A DNA stretch of 42,500 nt from assembly GCA_038533995.1 (NCBI GenBank), contig JBCAXP010000002.1, forward strand, positions 1-42,500. Reading direction: 5' to 3'. Below, piece after piece: positions 24,706-33,461 of the stretch; position 1 is the first letter of the stretch; each line of letters begins with the position of its first letter. Both the position numbers and the translations under genes were made by a program. The DNA is from Pseudomonadota bacterium. Its GTDB lineage: Bacteria > Pseudomonadota > Gammaproteobacteria > Steroidobacterales > JBCAXP01. The notes under the pieces are model-generated. The model saw only the letters and a program-made list of their open reading frames with translations. It made no database searches and was not told the DNA's origin.

Positions 24706-25973
24706 CCGTGGTGTCAGGCAGCGATACCGCCGGCGTGCCGGCTTCCGTCGACGTCGCCATTCTCGGCGGCGGCATGGTCGGCGCGAGCCTCGCAGTGGCG
24801 CTGGCCCCGCTGAGGCTCTCCATTGCCGTCATCGAAGCACGGGAACCCGGAAAGCCGGGGCAGCCGAGCTACGACGACCGCTCGACCGCGGTTTCGCTTG
24901 GCAGCCAGCGTATTCTCGACACGATGGGCGTGTGGGACAGCTTGACCGACACGGCCACTGCGATTCGCCGCATTCACGTGTCCGATCGCGGTCGCTTTGG
25001 CGCGACTCGCCTCGACAGCCGCGAGGAGGGCGTGCCGGCGCTTGGCTACGTCATCGAGAACCGCGTGCTTGGCCGGGCGCTCTGGAAGCGACTGCAAAGC
25101 ACCGCCAATGTGCATGTCGTTTGCCCCGCAACGCTCACCGGCGTTCGGCAGGGCGGCAGCAGTGTGCAAATCGACTGCGCCGTTGGTGATGAGGCAGCAA
25201 CGCTGGGCGCCAGGCTGGCGGTGGCTGCCGACGGTGCTCAGTCCCGGGCCAGGGAACTGGCCGGCATCGGCGTCAGCAGCCGGTCCTACGAACAGAGCGC
25301 GGTGATTACCAACGTGACCACGCAGGAGCGTCACGACGGCACAGCTTTTGAGCGCTTTACCGACGAAGGGCCGCTCGCGTTCCTGCCGATGAGCAACGGT
25401 CGCTGCTCAGTGGTGTGGACGATGGCGAGCGAACGTGTCGACGGCATCATGGGCTTGAGCGACGCCGATTTTCTCGCCGCTCTGCAGCAGTGCTTCGGCT
25501 ACCGGCTCGGCCGGCTGCTGAAGTGCGGTGAGCGCCACGCGTATCCCCTGTCTCTGATGAAAGCCGACGAGATTGTGGACGAGCGGCTGGCGCTCGTGGG
25601 CAATGCGGCGCATGGGCTGCACCCGGTCGCCGGGCAGGGCTTCAACCTGGGATTGCGGGACGTTGCCGCTCTTGCTGATGTTGTGGCAGACGTTGTGGCC
25701 GACAGTGACGAGGGCGCCGGGGACACGCTGGGCGGCGAGACGATGCTCCGCCAGTACGCGCACTGGCGCCGTGACGATCAAAGCAACGTGGTGACAATGA
25801 CCGACGGCCTTGTGCGCACGTTTACGAACCCGTTTCCGCCGGTGCGGGCGGCGCGCGGGCTGGCGCTGGTTGCGCTGGATGCGCTGCCCCCGGCACGCCG
25901 CCTGTTTGCCCGGCGGGCGATGGGGCTGGAAGGGCGCCTGCCGAGACTGGCACGCGGCGTGAGCCTGGGATGA
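24702..25973 (+). CDS. ubiH: FAD-dependent ubiquinone biosynthesis hydroxylase UbiH-type
   Basis: GGGMVGASLA dinucleotide fold, DGAQSRAR, and LVGNAAHGLHPVAGQGFNLGLRD. The GTG start overlaps the pepP stop (GTGA). Confidence 0.85.
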   Translation: MTVVSGSDTAGVPASVDVAILGGGMVGASLAVALAPLRLSIAVIEAREPGKPGQPSYDDRSTAVSLGSQRILDTMGVWDSLTDTATAIRRIHVSDRGRFGATRLDSREEGVPALGYVIENRVLGRALWKRLQSTANVHVVCPATLTGVRQGGSSVQIDCAVGDEAATLGARLAVAADGAQSRARELAGIGVSSRSYEQSAVITNVTTQERHDGTAFERFTDEGPLAFLPMSNGRCSVVWTMASERVDGIMGLSDADFLAALQQCFGYRLGRLLKCGERHAYPLSLMKADEIVDERLALVGNAAHGLHPVAGQGFNLGLRDVAALADVVADVVADSDEGAGDTLGGETMLRQYAHWRRDDQSNVVTMTDGLVRTFTNPFPPVRAARGLALVALDALPPARRLFARRAMGLEGRLPRLARGVSLG

Positions 25974-27232
25974 GTAAGCCTGACTACGACGTTATCGTGA
26001 TCGGCGGCGGCATGGTGGGCGGCTCGCTCGCCGCCCTGCTGGCCGACCAGCGCCTGGCAGTTGCCGTGGTTGAGGCGGCGGGCGAGGCGCACTTCGACGA
26101 AGACAGCGACATCGGCCTGCGGGTTTCGGCAGTGTCTTCTACCTCCCGCGTGCTGCTCGAGCGGCTCGGTGCATGGCGCGCCATCGCCGCTGCCCGCGAC
26201 GGCCACGGCGTGAGCCCGTACGGCGCGATGCACGTGTGGGATGCGGCGTCGCCGCCGGACAGTCGGGAGGCGCTGCATTTCGACAGCGCAGATGTCGGCG
26301 AGCCGCAGCTCGGCCACATCGTGGAGAATCAGCTCATCACCTGGGCTATCGCCCGACGCCTTGCAAAGCGCCGCGAGGTGACGCTGTTCGCACCGGCCAG
26401 CCTCGCATCGCTTGAGCTAGACGCGCGAACCGCTACTGTGACGCTGGACGACGGCCGGACCCTTTCCGCGCGTCTCGTGGTGGGGGCAGACGGGGCCGGC
26501 TCCCAAACCCGGGAGTGCGCCGGCATCGACGTTACCGGCTGGTCGTACGGCCAGCGCGCGCTCGTGACGCACATCCGCACCGAGCAGGATCACGAGAGGA
26601 CAGCGTGGCAGCGCTTTCTGCCGGATGGCCCCCTCGCGCTACTGCCCCTCGCCGATGGCCGCTTGTCGGTGGTGTGGTCCACGCTGCCTGACCATGCCGC
26701 CGAACTCGAAGGAATGGATGAGGCCGACTTTCACGCGGCGCTGGCGGCGGGCGCCGATCGGGTGCTTGGCGGCGTTACCGAGAGCGGTCCACGCGCGAGT
26801 TTCCCGCTGCGTTTGCAGCATGCGAAGCAGTACACCGGGCAGCGGGTCGCGCTTGTGGGTGATGCGGTGCATGCCGTGCATCCGCTGGCAGGGCAGGGGC
26901 TCAACATGGGCTTTCTCGATGCCGCGGCGCTGGCGGAAGTGATTGCCGACGGCCTGCGTGACGACCAGGACATCGGCGACCCGGTCGTGTTGCGCCAGTA
27001 CGAGCGCTGGCGCAAGGGCCACAACGTCGCGATGATGGGGTCGCTCGACGTATTGAAGCGACTGTTCGGCGCACGCCACGAGGGCGTGGCGCTCCTGCGG
27101 CGTGCCGGCCTGGGGCTGGTCAATGGCAATCGCTTTGCCCGCGAGCAGTTCGTGCGGGCGGCGATGGGCTCGGTCGGGAGAGTGCCGCGACTGCTGCAGA
27201 CGAGCGGCCAGGAATGGACTGACGCCGACTAA
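25970..27232 (+). CDS. ubiI: FAD-dependent ubiquinone biosynthesis hydroxylase UbiI/VisC-type
   Basis: GGGMVGGSLA, GADGAGSQTR and LVGDAVHAVHPLAGQGLNMGFLD. ATGA overlap with ubiH. Confidence 0.8.
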   Translation: MSKPDYDVIVIGGGMVGGSLAALLADQRLAVAVVEAAGEAHFDEDSDIGLRVSAVSSTSRVLLERLGAWRAIAAARDGHGVSPYGAMHVWDAASPPDSREALHFDSADVGEPQLGHIVENQLITWAIARRLAKRREVTLFAPASLASLELDARTATVTLDDGRTLSARLVVGADGAGSQTRECAGIDVTGWSYGQRALVTHIRTEQDHERTAWQRFLPDGPLALLPLADGRLSVVWSTLPDHAAELEGMDEADFHAALAAGADRVLGGVTESGPRASFPLRLQHAKQYTGQRVALVGDAVHAVHPLAGQGLNMGFLDAAALAEVIADGLRDDQDIGDPVVLRQYERWRKGHNVAMMGSLDVLKRLFGARHEGVALLRRAGLGLVNGNRFAREQFVRAAMGSVGRVPRLLQTSGQEWTDAD

Positions 27233-27240
27233 ACGGGGCT

Positions 27241-27576
27241 TCAGTCCAGCAGCGCGTCAATCTTCGCCGCACAGATAAAGTCGTTCTCCGACAGCCCGCC
27301 AATCGCGTGGGTGGTATACCGCACCAGGCAGTGCCCGTAGCCCACTTCAAGGTCAGGATGATGGCCTTCCTTGTTCGCGATCCAGGCCACCGCGTTCGTA
27401 AACGCCATGGAGCGGTAGAAGTTGTGGAACTGGAAGTCCCGACGAATTTCCTTGCCGTCCTCCGTGATGCTCCAGTTGTCGTCGAGCTGTTTCAGGAATT
27501 CACCGGCTTCGGCGGGTTCGAGCGCCGGTACGCCGCCTTCGCACGGCTTGCAGGACCGCTGTTTCAGATCGTCCAT
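27241..27576 (-). CDS. phhB: Pterin-4-alpha-carbinolamine dehydratase
   Basis: CKPCEGGVPAL, F.F.NF and NAVAWIANKEGHHPDLEVGYGHCLVRYTTHAIGGLSENDF; 111 aa. Confidence 0.9.
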   Translation of the reverse strand: MDDLKQRSCKPCEGGVPALEPAEAGEFLKQLDDNWSITEDGKEIRRDFQFHNFYRSMAFTNAVAWIANKEGHHPDLEVGYGHCLVRYTTHAIGGLSENDFICAAKIDALLD

Positions 27577-27701
27577 CGTGTGGTTCCTCGTCTGGTGGTG
27601 GCCAGATTGTCGCCTAAACGGGTTCCAGATGGGGCCTCGCTCCGGTGAATTGGTTCCCCGCCGGTCAATCGGCTATTATCAGGCTCGCGATTGACAGAAG
27701 A

Positions 27702-27881
27702 CCGTCGGAGAGAATCCGGGACAACCCGGGTCGCCGAAGGCGCAACAGCCCGGAAACGCTCAGGCAAACGGACGACGGAATTCGATCGACTCTGGAGAGA
27801 GATCGCCTTAAGTTGCGATCCACCGAAGGGGCAGGCGACCCGCCAAGCGGGGCGCCGGATCTCTCAGGTATCAGGACAGAG
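27702..27881 (+). promoter_or_regulatory. Tandem glycine riboswitch (two aptamers) in the gcvT leader
   Basis: Aptamer 1 (27702..27778): CCGUC GGAGAG ... GCCGAAGGCGCAA ... CUCAGGCAAACGGAC GACGG. Aptamer 2 (27790..27881): CUCUG GAGAG ... CACCGAAGGGGCA ... CUCAGGUAUCAGGA CAGAG. Both carry the conserved glycine-aptamer cores and P1 closing stems. Confidence 0.9.
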
Positions 27882-27928
27882 GGGCGGCAGGAAACCTTAA
27901 ATGTAAGGGTTTCTGCCGCCCTTTTTTT
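27882..27928 (+). terminator. Intrinsic terminator serving as the expression platform of the glycine riboswitch
   Basis: GGGCGGCAGGAAACCTTA / TAAGGGTTTCTGCCGCCC form a long imperfect hairpin followed by TTTTTTT, immediately 3' of the aptamer-2 P1 stem and 41 nt before the gcvT ATG. Confidence 0.8.
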
Positions 27929-27969
27929 ATGCGCCGCCGTTGGGTGGCCGTGCCTTGCGGGGACCAGCA

Positions 27970-29058
27970 ATGACGAAACGAACGGTGCTTCACGATCGCC
28001 ACACCGCCGCCGGTGCGCGCATGGTGGATTTCGGCGGCTGGGATATGCCGGTGAACTACGGCTCGCAGATCGAGGAGCACCACGCGGTGCGCACCGCGAG
28101 CGGCATGTTCGATGTGTCACACATGACCGTGGTGGACCTCAAGGGCGAGCGCGTTCGCGATTACCTGCGCTACCTGCTCGCCAACGACGTGGCCACGCTC
28201 ACCATTCCCGGCAAGGCGCTGTACACCTGCATGCTGACCGAGACCGGCGGTGTCATCGACGACCTCATTACCTATTATATGAGCGACACGTGGTACCGGC
28301 TCGTTGTGAACGCGGCGACGCGGGAGCGCGACCTTGCGTGGCTCAACCAGCACACGGGCGATTTTGACGTTGAACTGACCGAGCGCGATGACCTCGCGAT
28401 GATCGCGGTGCAGGGTCCCGGCGCTCGCGAGACCGCCGCGCCCCTGCTCGGCGACGCGGCCGAGGCGGCGCTTGCGCTCAAGCCTTTCTTTGCGCTGGAC
28501 CACGCGCCGTGGTTCGTCGCACGCACCGGCTACACGGGCGAGGACGGCTGGGAGATCATCCTGCCGAACGACCAGGCCGCCGACCTGTGGGACAAGCTGT
28601 CGGCGGCAGGTGTGCAACCCTGTGGCCTGGGCGCGCGGGACACCCTGCGGCTCGAAGCCGGCCTTAATCTGTATGGCAACGACATGGACGACAGCGTGAC
28701 GCCGCTGCAGTCCGGTCTTGCATGGACGGTGGCATGGGAACCCGCCGACCGGGATTTCTGCGGGAGAGGCGCGCTCGAGGCGCAGCGCGCCGACGGCGTG
28801 CCCGACAAGCTCGTGGGCCTGGTACTGGAGGAGCGCGGCGTTTTGCGCTCTCACCAGCCGGTGATCGTCGAAGGCCTTGGGGAAGGCGAGGTCACGAGCG
28901 GTACCTTTTCGCCTACGCTGCAAAAATCGATTGGCCTGGCCCGTGTGCCGGCCGGCACCGGTGAGCGCTGCGCGGTGCGCATTCGCGGCAAGGACCTCGC
29001 GTGCTCCGTGCACCGTCCGCCGTTCGTGCGCAAAGGCAAGGTTTTGATCGACTCATAA
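27970..29058 (+). CDS. gcvT: Glycine cleavage system aminomethyltransferase (T protein)
   Basis: [57 protein letters not shown] and [10 protein letters not shown]. The internal ATG 27970 was chosen as the start. Confidence 0.95.
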   Translation: MTKRTVLHDRHTAAGARMVDFGGWDMPVNYGSQIEEHHAVRTASGMFDVSHMTVVDLKGERVRDYLRYLLANDVATLTIPGKALYTCMLTETGGVIDDLITYYMSDTWYRLVVNAATRERDLAWLNQHTGDFDVELTERDDLAMIAVQGPGARETAAPLLGDAAEAALALKPFFALDHAPWFVARTGYTGEDGWEIILPNDQAADLWDKLSAAGVQPCGLGARDTLRLEAGLNLYGNDMDDSVTPLQSGLAWTVAWEPADRDFCGRGALEAQRADGVPDKLVGLVLEERGVLRSHQPVIVEGLGEGEVTSGTFSPTLQKSIGLARVPAGTGERCAVRIRGKDLACSVHRPPFVRKGKVLIDS

Positions 29059-29134
29059 GCCAAATCGTAGGCAACAACGGGCAGCAATCGAAAGGGCGCT
29101 GGCCACCTTTTGACAATAAGAGGGGAATACTGTC

Positions 29135-29521
29135 ATGAGCGAAGTACGCGACGACCTGAAGTACACCGAATCCCACGAATGGGTTCGCCTTAATGAAGAC
29201 GGCGATTGCATCGTCGGCATCACGGACCATGCGCAGGCAGCGCTGGGCGACCTGGTGTTTGTCGAGTTGCCGGAAGCAGGCTCCCCGCTTACGGTTGGCG
29301 ATGCCTGCGCGGTAGTCGAATCCGTCAAGGCGGCCTCTGACATTTACGCACCGATTACCGGCGAGGTGGTCGCCGTGAACGACCAGCTCACCGACGCACC
29401 GGAACTGGTCAACGAGCAGCCCTACGACGATGGCTGGCTGTTCACGATTCGCCCCGACGACGAAACCGCGCTGGGCGAACTGCTGGAACCGAGTGACTAC
29501 GAAGAACAGCTGGACGAGTAG
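29135..29521 (+). CDS. gcvH: Glycine cleavage system H protein (lipoyl carrier)
   Basis: [10 protein letters not shown] and the lipoyl-lysine motif [13 protein letters not shown]; 128 aa. Confidence 0.95.
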   Translation: MSEVRDDLKYTESHEWVRLNEDGDCIVGITDHAQAALGDLVFVELPEAGSPLTVGDACAVVESVKAASDIYAPITGEVVAVNDQLTDAPELVNEQPYDDGWLFTIRPDDETALGELLEPSDYEEQLDE

Positions 29522-29533
29522 AGATCTGACACC

Positions 29534-30907
29534 ATGCCTTTTATCCCCCACACTGCCGACGACATCGCAAAGATGCTCGAGACCATCGGCGTCGATTCCA
29601 TCGACGCGTTGTTCGACGAGATTCCCCAGGAGCTCATGATTGACGGCCTGCCGGACGTGCCGGCGCAGGCCAGCGAGATGGCCGTGACCCGTCTCATGCA
29701 CGAGCGTGCTGCCAGGGATTCACACGATGTGAATTTCATTGGCGCCGGCGCGTACGAGCATCACATTCCCGCAGTGGTGTGGGAGCTGACCACGCGCGGC
29801 GAGTTCTACAGCGCCTACACGCCCTACCAGGCGGAGGCGAGCCAGGGCACGCTGCAGGTGATCTACGAGTACCAGACCATGATGGCGGCGCTCACTGGTA
29901 TGGAAGTGTCCAACGCCTCGCTGTACGACGGCGCTACGGCGCTCGCCGAGTCAGCACTAATGGCGGTGCGGCTGAACCGCAAGTCGAAGTCGAAACGACT
30001 GCTGGTGCCGTCAACGGTAAGCCCGAGGTACCGAGACACCTGCCGCAGCCTGGCGGGCAGCCAGGAGCTCAAGTTTGAGCTGGTGCGCTTTGCCGACGAC
30101 AGCGGCGTGGTATCGATGGACAGCTTCAAGGCCTACGACGGTGAAGACATCACCGCCGTCGTCATCCAGCAGCCCAACTTCTTCGGCCGCATGGAAGAGG
30201 TGCACGAGATCACCAACTGGGCGCACGCCAACGGCGCGCTCGTTATTGCCGTTGTGAACCCGACGTCGCTTGCGGTGCTGTGCCCGCCGGGCGAGTGGGG
30301 CGACAAGGGCGCAGACATCGTGTGCGGCGAAGGCCAGCCGCTGGGTGTGCCGCTGTCCTCTGGCGGTCCCTACTACGGCTTCATGACCTGCAGTAAGAAA
30401 AACGTGCGCCAGATGCCCGGGCGCATCGTCGGCCGCACCGTCGATCTCGATGGCCGTTCCGGCTACACGCTGACGCTGCAGGCGCGCGAGCAGCACATTC
30501 GCCGCTCCCGCGCGACGTCCAACATCTGCACGAACCAGGGCCTCGTCGTCACGGCGTCCACCATGTACATGACCCTGCTCGGTGCCGAAGGCCTGGCCCG
30601 GGTGGCCGGCGCCTGCCAGTCCCAGACCGGCAAGCTGGTGAACGCGCTCAGCGCAATCGACGGCGTCCGCCCGCGCTTCTCGGGTCCGCAGTTCCACGAG
30701 GCGGTGCTCGAGCTGGACCGGCCGGTTGGCCCGGTGCTTGAGCAGCTGGCACGGCGTCACATCATCGGCGGCTTTGCGCTTGACGGCGACTACCCGGAGC
30801 TCGGCAATGCCTTGCTCGTGTGCGCAACCGAGACGCGTACCGATGAGGACATCGACAGCTACGCCTCGGCCCTGCGCGACATTCTCGCCGAGGCCAAAGT
30901 GGCCTGA
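29534..30907 (+). CDS. gcvPA: Glycine dehydrogenase (decarboxylating) subunit 1
   Basis: [40 protein letters not shown] and [11 protein letters not shown]; 457 aa. Confidence 0.95.
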   Translation: MPFIPHTADDIAKMLETIGVDSIDALFDEIPQELMIDGLPDVPAQASEMAVTRLMHERAARDSHDVNFIGAGAYEHHIPAVVWELTTRGEFYSAYTPYQAEASQGTLQVIYEYQTMMAALTGMEVSNASLYDGATALAESALMAVRLNRKSKSKRLLVPSTVSPRYRDTCRSLAGSQELKFELVRFADDSGVVSMDSFKAYDGEDITAVVIQQPNFFGRMEEVHEITNWAHANGALVIAVVNPTSLAVLCPPGEWGDKGADIVCGEGQPLGVPLSSGGPYYGFMTCSKKNVRQMPGRIVGRTVDLDGRSGYTLTLQAREQHIRRSRATSNICTNQGLVVTASTMYMTLLGAEGLARVAGACQSQTGKLVNALSAIDGVRPRFSGPQFHEAVLELDRPVGPVLEQLARRHIIGGFALDGDYPELGNALLVCATETRTDEDIDSYASALRDILAEAKVA

Positions 30908-30951
30908 CGGTTTCGCCCCCATCGCATACAAACGATTCGAGTTCCAAGAGC

Positions 30952-32418
30952 ATGACTGAAGAAACCAGCATTTTTGAGAAATCCAGCAAGGGCCGCCGCG
31001 CGACCGCACAGGCGCCCCTCGATGCCCAGCCGTTCGACGCGCCGGACCGGTTCCTGCGCAAGAAGGCGCCGCTGCTGCCGGAGGTGACGGAGCTGCAAAC
31101 CGTGCGGCACTTCACCCGGCTGTCGCAGAAGAACTTCTCCATCGATACCAATTTCTACCCGCTCGGCTCCTGCACAATGAAGTACAACCCGCGGGCCTGT
31201 AACACGCTCGCGATGCTGCCTGGCTTTCTCGGCCGCCACCCGCTGGCGCCGGCGTCCAGCGGCCAGGGCTACATGGAGACGATGTTCGAGCTGCAGGAAA
31301 TCCTGAAGTCCGTGACCGGCATGGAGGGCGTTTCGCTCACTCCCATGGCCGGCGCGCAGGGTGAATTTGCCGGTGTTGCCATGATCCGGGCGTATCACCT
31401 GGCCCGTGGCGAGGAGCATCGCAATGAAATCCTGGTGCCCGACGCGGCCCACGGCACCAACCCCGCGACCGCCATCATGTGTGGCTGCAAGGTGGTGGAA
31501 CTACCGACCGACGCTGAGGGCGATGTCGATATCGACGCGCTGAAAAAGGCTCTCGGGCCGAACACCGCCGGCATCATGCTGACCAACCCGTCGACGCTGG
31601 GCGTGTTCGAGCGGCACATCGCGGAAATCGAGAAGCTGGTGCACGACGCCGGCGGCCTGCTGTACTACGACGGCGCCAACCTCAATGCCATCCTCGGCAA
31701 GGTGCGGCCGGGGGACATGGGCTTTGACGTGATCCACATGAACCTGCACAAGACCTTCTCCACGCCCCACGGCGGCGGCGGTCCCGGGTCGGGTGCGGTT
31801 GGCGTTGGCAAGCGCCTGCTGCCCTTTATGCCGGTGCCGGTCGTCGGCAAGACCGACTCGGGCTTTGACTGGCTGACGGAAAAGGAGCTGCCGCAAAGCA
31901 TTGGCCGCCTGTCAGGCTTCATGGGCAACGCCGGTGTGCTGCTGCGCGCTTACGTGTACGCAAGGCTGCTCGGCCGCGAGGGCATGCAGCGCGTGTCGGA
32001 GTTTGCCACGCTCAATGCGAACTACCTGATGGCGCGCCTCAAGGAGGAGGGCTTCGAGATCGCCTTCCCGACGCGCCGTGCCAGTCACGAGTTCATCGTG
32101 ACCCTGAAGAGCGAGGCCAAGGAATACGGCACCACCGCCACCGACTTCGCCAAAGGGCTGCTGGACCATGAATGCCACTCGCCAACGGTGTACTTCCCGC
32201 TGCTGGTGCCGGAGTGCCTGCTGATCGAACCGACGGAAACCGAGTCCTACGAGGCCCTGGAACGCTTCATCCAGGCAATGGTGGACCTTCGCAGGCTCGC
32301 GGAAACCGACCCCGATCGAATGCACGGGGCGCCCTACAGCACGCCGGTGCGCCGCCTCGACGAACTGAAGGCCGCGAAAAGCCTGGACCTCACCTGGCAC
32401 AGCGAAGCCACGGCCTGA
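30952..32418 (+). CDS. gcvPB: Glycine dehydrogenase (decarboxylating) subunit 2 (PLP-binding)
   Basis: [19 protein letters not shown] and the PLP-lysine motif [16 protein letters not shown]; 488 aa. Confidence 0.95.
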   Translation: MTEETSIFEKSSKGRRATAQAPLDAQPFDAPDRFLRKKAPLLPEVTELQTVRHFTRLSQKNFSIDTNFYPLGSCTMKYNPRACNTLAMLPGFLGRHPLAPASSGQGYMETMFELQEILKSVTGMEGVSLTPMAGAQGEFAGVAMIRAYHLARGEEHRNEILVPDAAHGTNPATAIMCGCKVVELPTDAEGDVDIDALKKALGPNTAGIMLTNPSTLGVFERHIAEIEKLVHDAGGLLYYDGANLNAILGKVRPGDMGFDVIHMNLHKTFSTPHGGGGPGSGAVGVGKRLLPFMPVPVVGKTDSGFDWLTEKELPQSIGRLSGFMGNAGVLLRAYVYARLLGREGMQRVSEFATLNANYLMARLKEEGFEIAFPTRRASHEFIVTLKSEAKEYGTTATDFAKGLLDHECHSPTVYFPLLVPECLLIEPTETESYEALERFIQAMVDLRRLAETDPDRMHGAPYSTPVRRLDELKAAKSLDLTWHSEATA

Positions 32419-32479
32419 AAACTCGGGCGCTGCTACACTACGCGTCGCCCGACTCTTATCTAATCCAACAGGAACTACT

Positions 32480-33430
32480 ATGTCTGCACTGATCTGCGGC
32501 TCCCTCGCGTACGACACCATCATGGTTTTTGACGGCCGGTTCAGGGAATACATCCTGCCGGACAAGATTCACATGTTGAACGTGTCGTTTCTCGTGCCTG
32601 GCATGCGCCGGGAGTTCGGCGGTGTCGCCGGCAACATCGCCTACAACATGAAGCTGCTCGGTGAAGAAGGACTGCCGATGGGCGTTGTGGGGCACGACTT
32701 TGCCGACTATCGCAAGTGGCTCGACAAATGGGGAGTCGACAGGCGTTACGTTCGGGAACTAATCAGCGATTTCACCGCCCAAGCCTACATTACGACCGAT
32801 CTGGACGATAACCAGATCACCGCCTTTCACCCTGGTGCAATGAATCACTCGCATGTGAATCACGTGCCGGGAGACGCCGGTATCAAGGTCGGCATTGTGG
32901 CGCCGGACGGGCGCGACGGCATGATGGGGCACGCGGCGGAATTCGCCGAGCACGGCATACCGTTTGTGTTTGATCCCGGCCAGGGCCTGCCGATGTTCAA
33001 CGGTGAAGAGCTGCTTGCGTTTGTCGAGCAGGCCACCTGGGTCGCAGTTAACGACTACGAGAGCCAGATGCTGCAGGAACGCACCGGCCTGTCGATGGAG
33101 CAAATCCAGGAGCGCGTTGAGGCGCTGGTGGTGACGCGCGGTGGTGAGGGTTCGTACGTGTACACCGAAGGCAAGCGTATCGACATTCCGGCAGCGAAGC
33201 CGGCGTCGCTTGAAGACCCGACCGGCTGCGGCGATGCTTTTCGGGCGGGCCTGCTGTTTGGCCTGCTGCGGGGCCTCGACTGGGAACTCACCGGTCGCAT
33301 CGCCTCGCTGATGGGCGCGATCAAGATCGAAAAACACGGCACGCAAAACCACCGCTTCACCCGCGATGAGTTTGCCGCGCGGTTCAAGGAAAACTTCGAC
33401 ATGTCAGTGGACGACATCATCAAAGACTAG
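32480..33430 (+). CDS. PfkB-family carbohydrate/nucleoside kinase (adenosine-kinase-like)
   Basis: N-terminal GSLAYDTI and GGVAGNIAYN; C-terminal anion-hole/ATP motif DPTGCGDAFRAGLLFG. Confidence 0.75.
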   Translation: MSALICGSLAYDTIMVFDGRFREYILPDKIHMLNVSFLVPGMRREFGGVAGNIAYNMKLLGEEGLPMGVVGHDFADYRKWLDKWGVDRRYVRELISDFTAQAYITTDLDDNQITAFHPGAMNHSHVNHVPGDAGIKVGIVAPDGRDGMMGHAAEFAEHGIPFVFDPGQGLPMFNGEELLAFVEQATWVAVNDYESQMLQERTGLSMEQIQERVEALVVTRGGEGSYVYTEGKRIDIPAAKPASLEDPTGCGDAFRAGLLFGLLRGLDWELTGRIASLMGAIKIEKHGTQNHRFTRDEFAARFKENFDMSVDDIIKD

Positions 33431-33461
33431 TCACTTAAGGCACTTCGAGCACCCAATCGCA

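Noticed and set aside
28117-31452. Long minus-strand ORFs (298, 262, 332 and 197 aa) across the gcv operon
   Set aside because: All are antisense to gcvT, gcvH, gcvPA and gcvPB. The translations are Arg/Ala/Gly/His-rich with no domain signatures.
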